DNA from: Rhizodiscina lignyota
Lineage: Eukaryota
Reading direction: 5' to 3'
DNA: 64,000 bases
NCBI GenBank assembly: GCA_010015805.1
Contig: ML978124.1
Location: forward strand, 1,984,001-2,048,000
Program-made: the position numbers and the translations under genes
Shown here: positions 61,560 to 64,000 of the stretch, one piece after another
How the letters are laid out: each line of letters begins with the position of its first letter
Numbering within the stretch: position 1 is the first letter of the stretch
The notes under the pieces: generated by a model
Databases searched by the model: none
Told to the model about the DNA's origin: nothing
Seen by the model: the letters and a program-made list of their open reading frames with translations, nothing else

Positions 61560-62956
61560 ACTACATTGGAATAGCTACTGCGACAGCGGTAGCATGGCTT
61601 TGAACTTATTTAGGCGGCGCGCGGCTTCGAAGGTTTTGAAGCTTTGCTTGCTTGCTTACAAACAAACGGACTTCTGGTTTTTGCTTGGACGGACATCGGC
61701 AGCAAGCTAGAGTGTCCTGTCACTCATACTCTTGCTCATGGCGATTACAACAAGGTTTGTCGCCGGGCTTTTTCTACTTCTCGCCCTTTTCGGTGGCGAT
61801 CTCTCAGTGTTCAAGCTAATGGAGCAAAGGTTCCATGTAGCAGACTGGCATCTTATATCTCGAGCTCACCCGGCATGGAAGAACAACTGTGTCGGAGGCT
61901 ATGGCAATGCAGTAGCAATGGCTAGAAAGTTTTCTGGAAGGAATCAGATTGTGGAGGAAGGTGAAAGAGCGTCGAAGGCAGCAGCGAGTTATCAGAGGTT
62001 TCAGCGAGACCTCTTTACCGAGTTCTCTTTTGTGGTTGTGGGCTGTGTGGATCGGTTGATACCAATACATACTCCAGCTGGCTGAATGGCAATGGAGAGC
62101 TGCCTGACTAGGTTTAGGGGATGCAAAATGGAAATTGACCAAGTGCCTATCTAACAATGCGTTTCCTTTTGCCGAGGTGATACTAACGCTCATATATCTG
62201 TCTGCTTCTATCACGCTCTTCTACGCGTTTCGCTTAGTATTTGGAGATGTCTCCAGCGCTTGTACTAACGTAACGCTCACATGGCGGGATGTAGCTGTCC
62301 ATACTGTTCACACGTATCTTCTTTCCTTGTTGGAGCTGTCCCAGCATGTGTTTCTCTTTGTCTCTTCTTAGCCTCTTTACGCTGCTCCTGATGCATTCAT
62401 GTCCTGCACGAAAGAGTATGGCGCTCAACATACTCGACCAAGGGTGACAAAATAACTGGGCACCGCAAAGGATATAACGCCTCAATGTGAGCAACTCTCG
62501 CACTTCAAGGTCAACGAAACTGTCCCTGAAAGCTTGGTTCTAGACTCTCCAGGGTATATACGACGATGACAGACCTTCGAAGAACTTGTACGCGCTCTTC
62601 GTCATAGGGCCTATCGATTATAACTATGCGGTGTCTTGAATGTTTGGGGATGCAAGGTTTTGTCGGCTCACAAATGATGGTCTACCATCATTGGAATAGG
62701 CACGGAATAGATGAGTTTCATTTCTACTCCGAGCGACGAACGCCTACTGACTTATCCCAGGTTTTTGTCCTTATCGTCCCCAAACAAAGTATCGCCGCTT
62801 CCAGACTTTGCTTCTGAACCACCTGAGAAGCTCCTTCATCCTGCCAATCCTTCGTCTTGAGGAGTAGTGTCGCTTTCCTTCGCAACCTCAGGCCTTCCAC
62901 CACAGCCCTTTCCCAGCTGTAAGGCGATCTTACGCTGGTGTAGCCTCACTTGGCGT

Positions 62957-63788
62957 CTAGATCCTCGAGCCGTCGAGCTGCGCAAAGGGAGGAACTCTGG
63001 CGTTGGTACGAGCGTAAGCCTTTTGCTGCATCAAGACCTGCCACAGGAACTCCTTCGGCAGCTCGTCCATCGTGTGTCCAAGCATCTTCCTGCCGCTCCC
63101 GTCTCGCATGTCATTCTCCCACGCGAACGCATCGATGAGGAGCTTGCACCATGGCGACGCTGTGGACAGTTTGTCAACCACCTTCGACACGTCTACGCTA
63201 TGGACAGCGCGATAGACGTCCTTAGCCACGCGCCGCAGGTAGAGAAGGAAAGTGTCGCGGAGGAGTTGGGGGACGTCATGCTCTTGCGCAAACACGTGGA
63301 GGTCGAAGAGTTCGTCATTTGGCATTGCGCCGTCGTCTGCGCCGTCGTCGGCCTCGGTGCCAGAGAGCTTTCGCGTATACAGCCACTCCAGGAAGTTCTC
63401 AAACGTCGTGACGGCGACTGTGGGCAGCTTGATCAATTTTTCTTCCGCTTCGACGAATGAGCCGTTGAAGGCATTTGCGAAGTACGCGGATACGGAGCAG
63501 AGGAAGGCCTTGTGCGCGTAATAGTTCGTCTCGCCTTCGACGCGGACTGCAACGACGTCGGCGGCGGCAGATCTTGTTCGTGTTAGCTTGACTGGATTTC
63601 ATTCAATGCGCTTGTAGGACGACTTACCTGAAGCTGGGTCGATAGGAAGAGGCGGTCGTTTTTGGCGGCGCGGAAGTCGTGGAGTCTGTGTTTCCTGAAA
63701 TAACTAAAGCCGGCTCTCTTCTGCAGCCATACGATTCGTGGCACCTACGGGAAAGGGAAGTGTAACCGCAGACCGAGCAATGATACAT
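62957..63788 (-). CDS. BTB/POZ-domain protein, intron ~63573-63627
   Basis: VVAVRVEGETNYYAHKAFLCSVSAYFANAFNGSFVEAEEKLIKLP..TFENFLEWLY..LHVFAQEHDVPQL. Confidence 0.85.
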
Positions 63789-64000
63789 CTTGCTAAGTGG
63801 TGAAGTGCAGAAGGGGTGTTGGGAAAGAGAATCGTGAAAGTTGCGAGAAATATATAGAAAAGAAGTATTGCACACAACCTTGAAGGTGTTGTGAGTTAAG
63901 CGAGCTTTGGAGTGAAGTGGACGTAGCGGCTCAACACCACTGTTCAGCTAATGTGTTGACTCTACGTCATAGAACAAGAAGAGAACATCAAAGTGTAAGC

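Noticed and set aside
61700..62850. Short ORFs between PBP1 and the BTB gene (also 15000-15800, 4150-4900)
   Set aside because: No recognisable domain or consistent exon structure; cannot be supported without a search.

Overview
Gene-dense eukaryotic DNA from a filamentous ascomycete (Pezizomycotina, judged from short GT-AG introns with CTRAC branch points and fungal-type orthologues; finer taxonomy cannot be fixed from the window). It carries about 22 intact protein genes, mostly housekeeping: calmodulin, TLG2, ATG33-like, acetate kinase, PSR1, TMEM184/OSTalpha, SCP2-thiolase, NCBP3, SPX-VTC, CPA1/arg-2, MTG1, BOR1, ALG8, MRN1/Nrd1, CYB2, BUD6, PBP1 and a BTB protein. A more accessory segment at 3.4-15 kb holds a small secreted protein, a Tri101-like acetyltransferase, a Cys/Thr-rich secreted protein and a Tet(X)-like monooxygenase. 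There is also an intron-containing tRNA-Val(CAC) and a decayed Cys-rich surface-protein pseudogene. Highlights invisible to the ORF track: (1) a ~1.4 kb non-coding array of ~24 highly diverged but length-locked 55-nt units (11455-12850) with higher-order structure; (2) a three-exon arginine attenuator peptide uORF upstream of CPA1; (3) a candidate ACG non-AUG start in optimal context for MRN1; (4) a tandem duplication carrying the tRNA T-arm motif; (5) a hairpin in PBP1 intron 1. Exon boundaries were read by eye; family calls come from motif recognition, not database searches.
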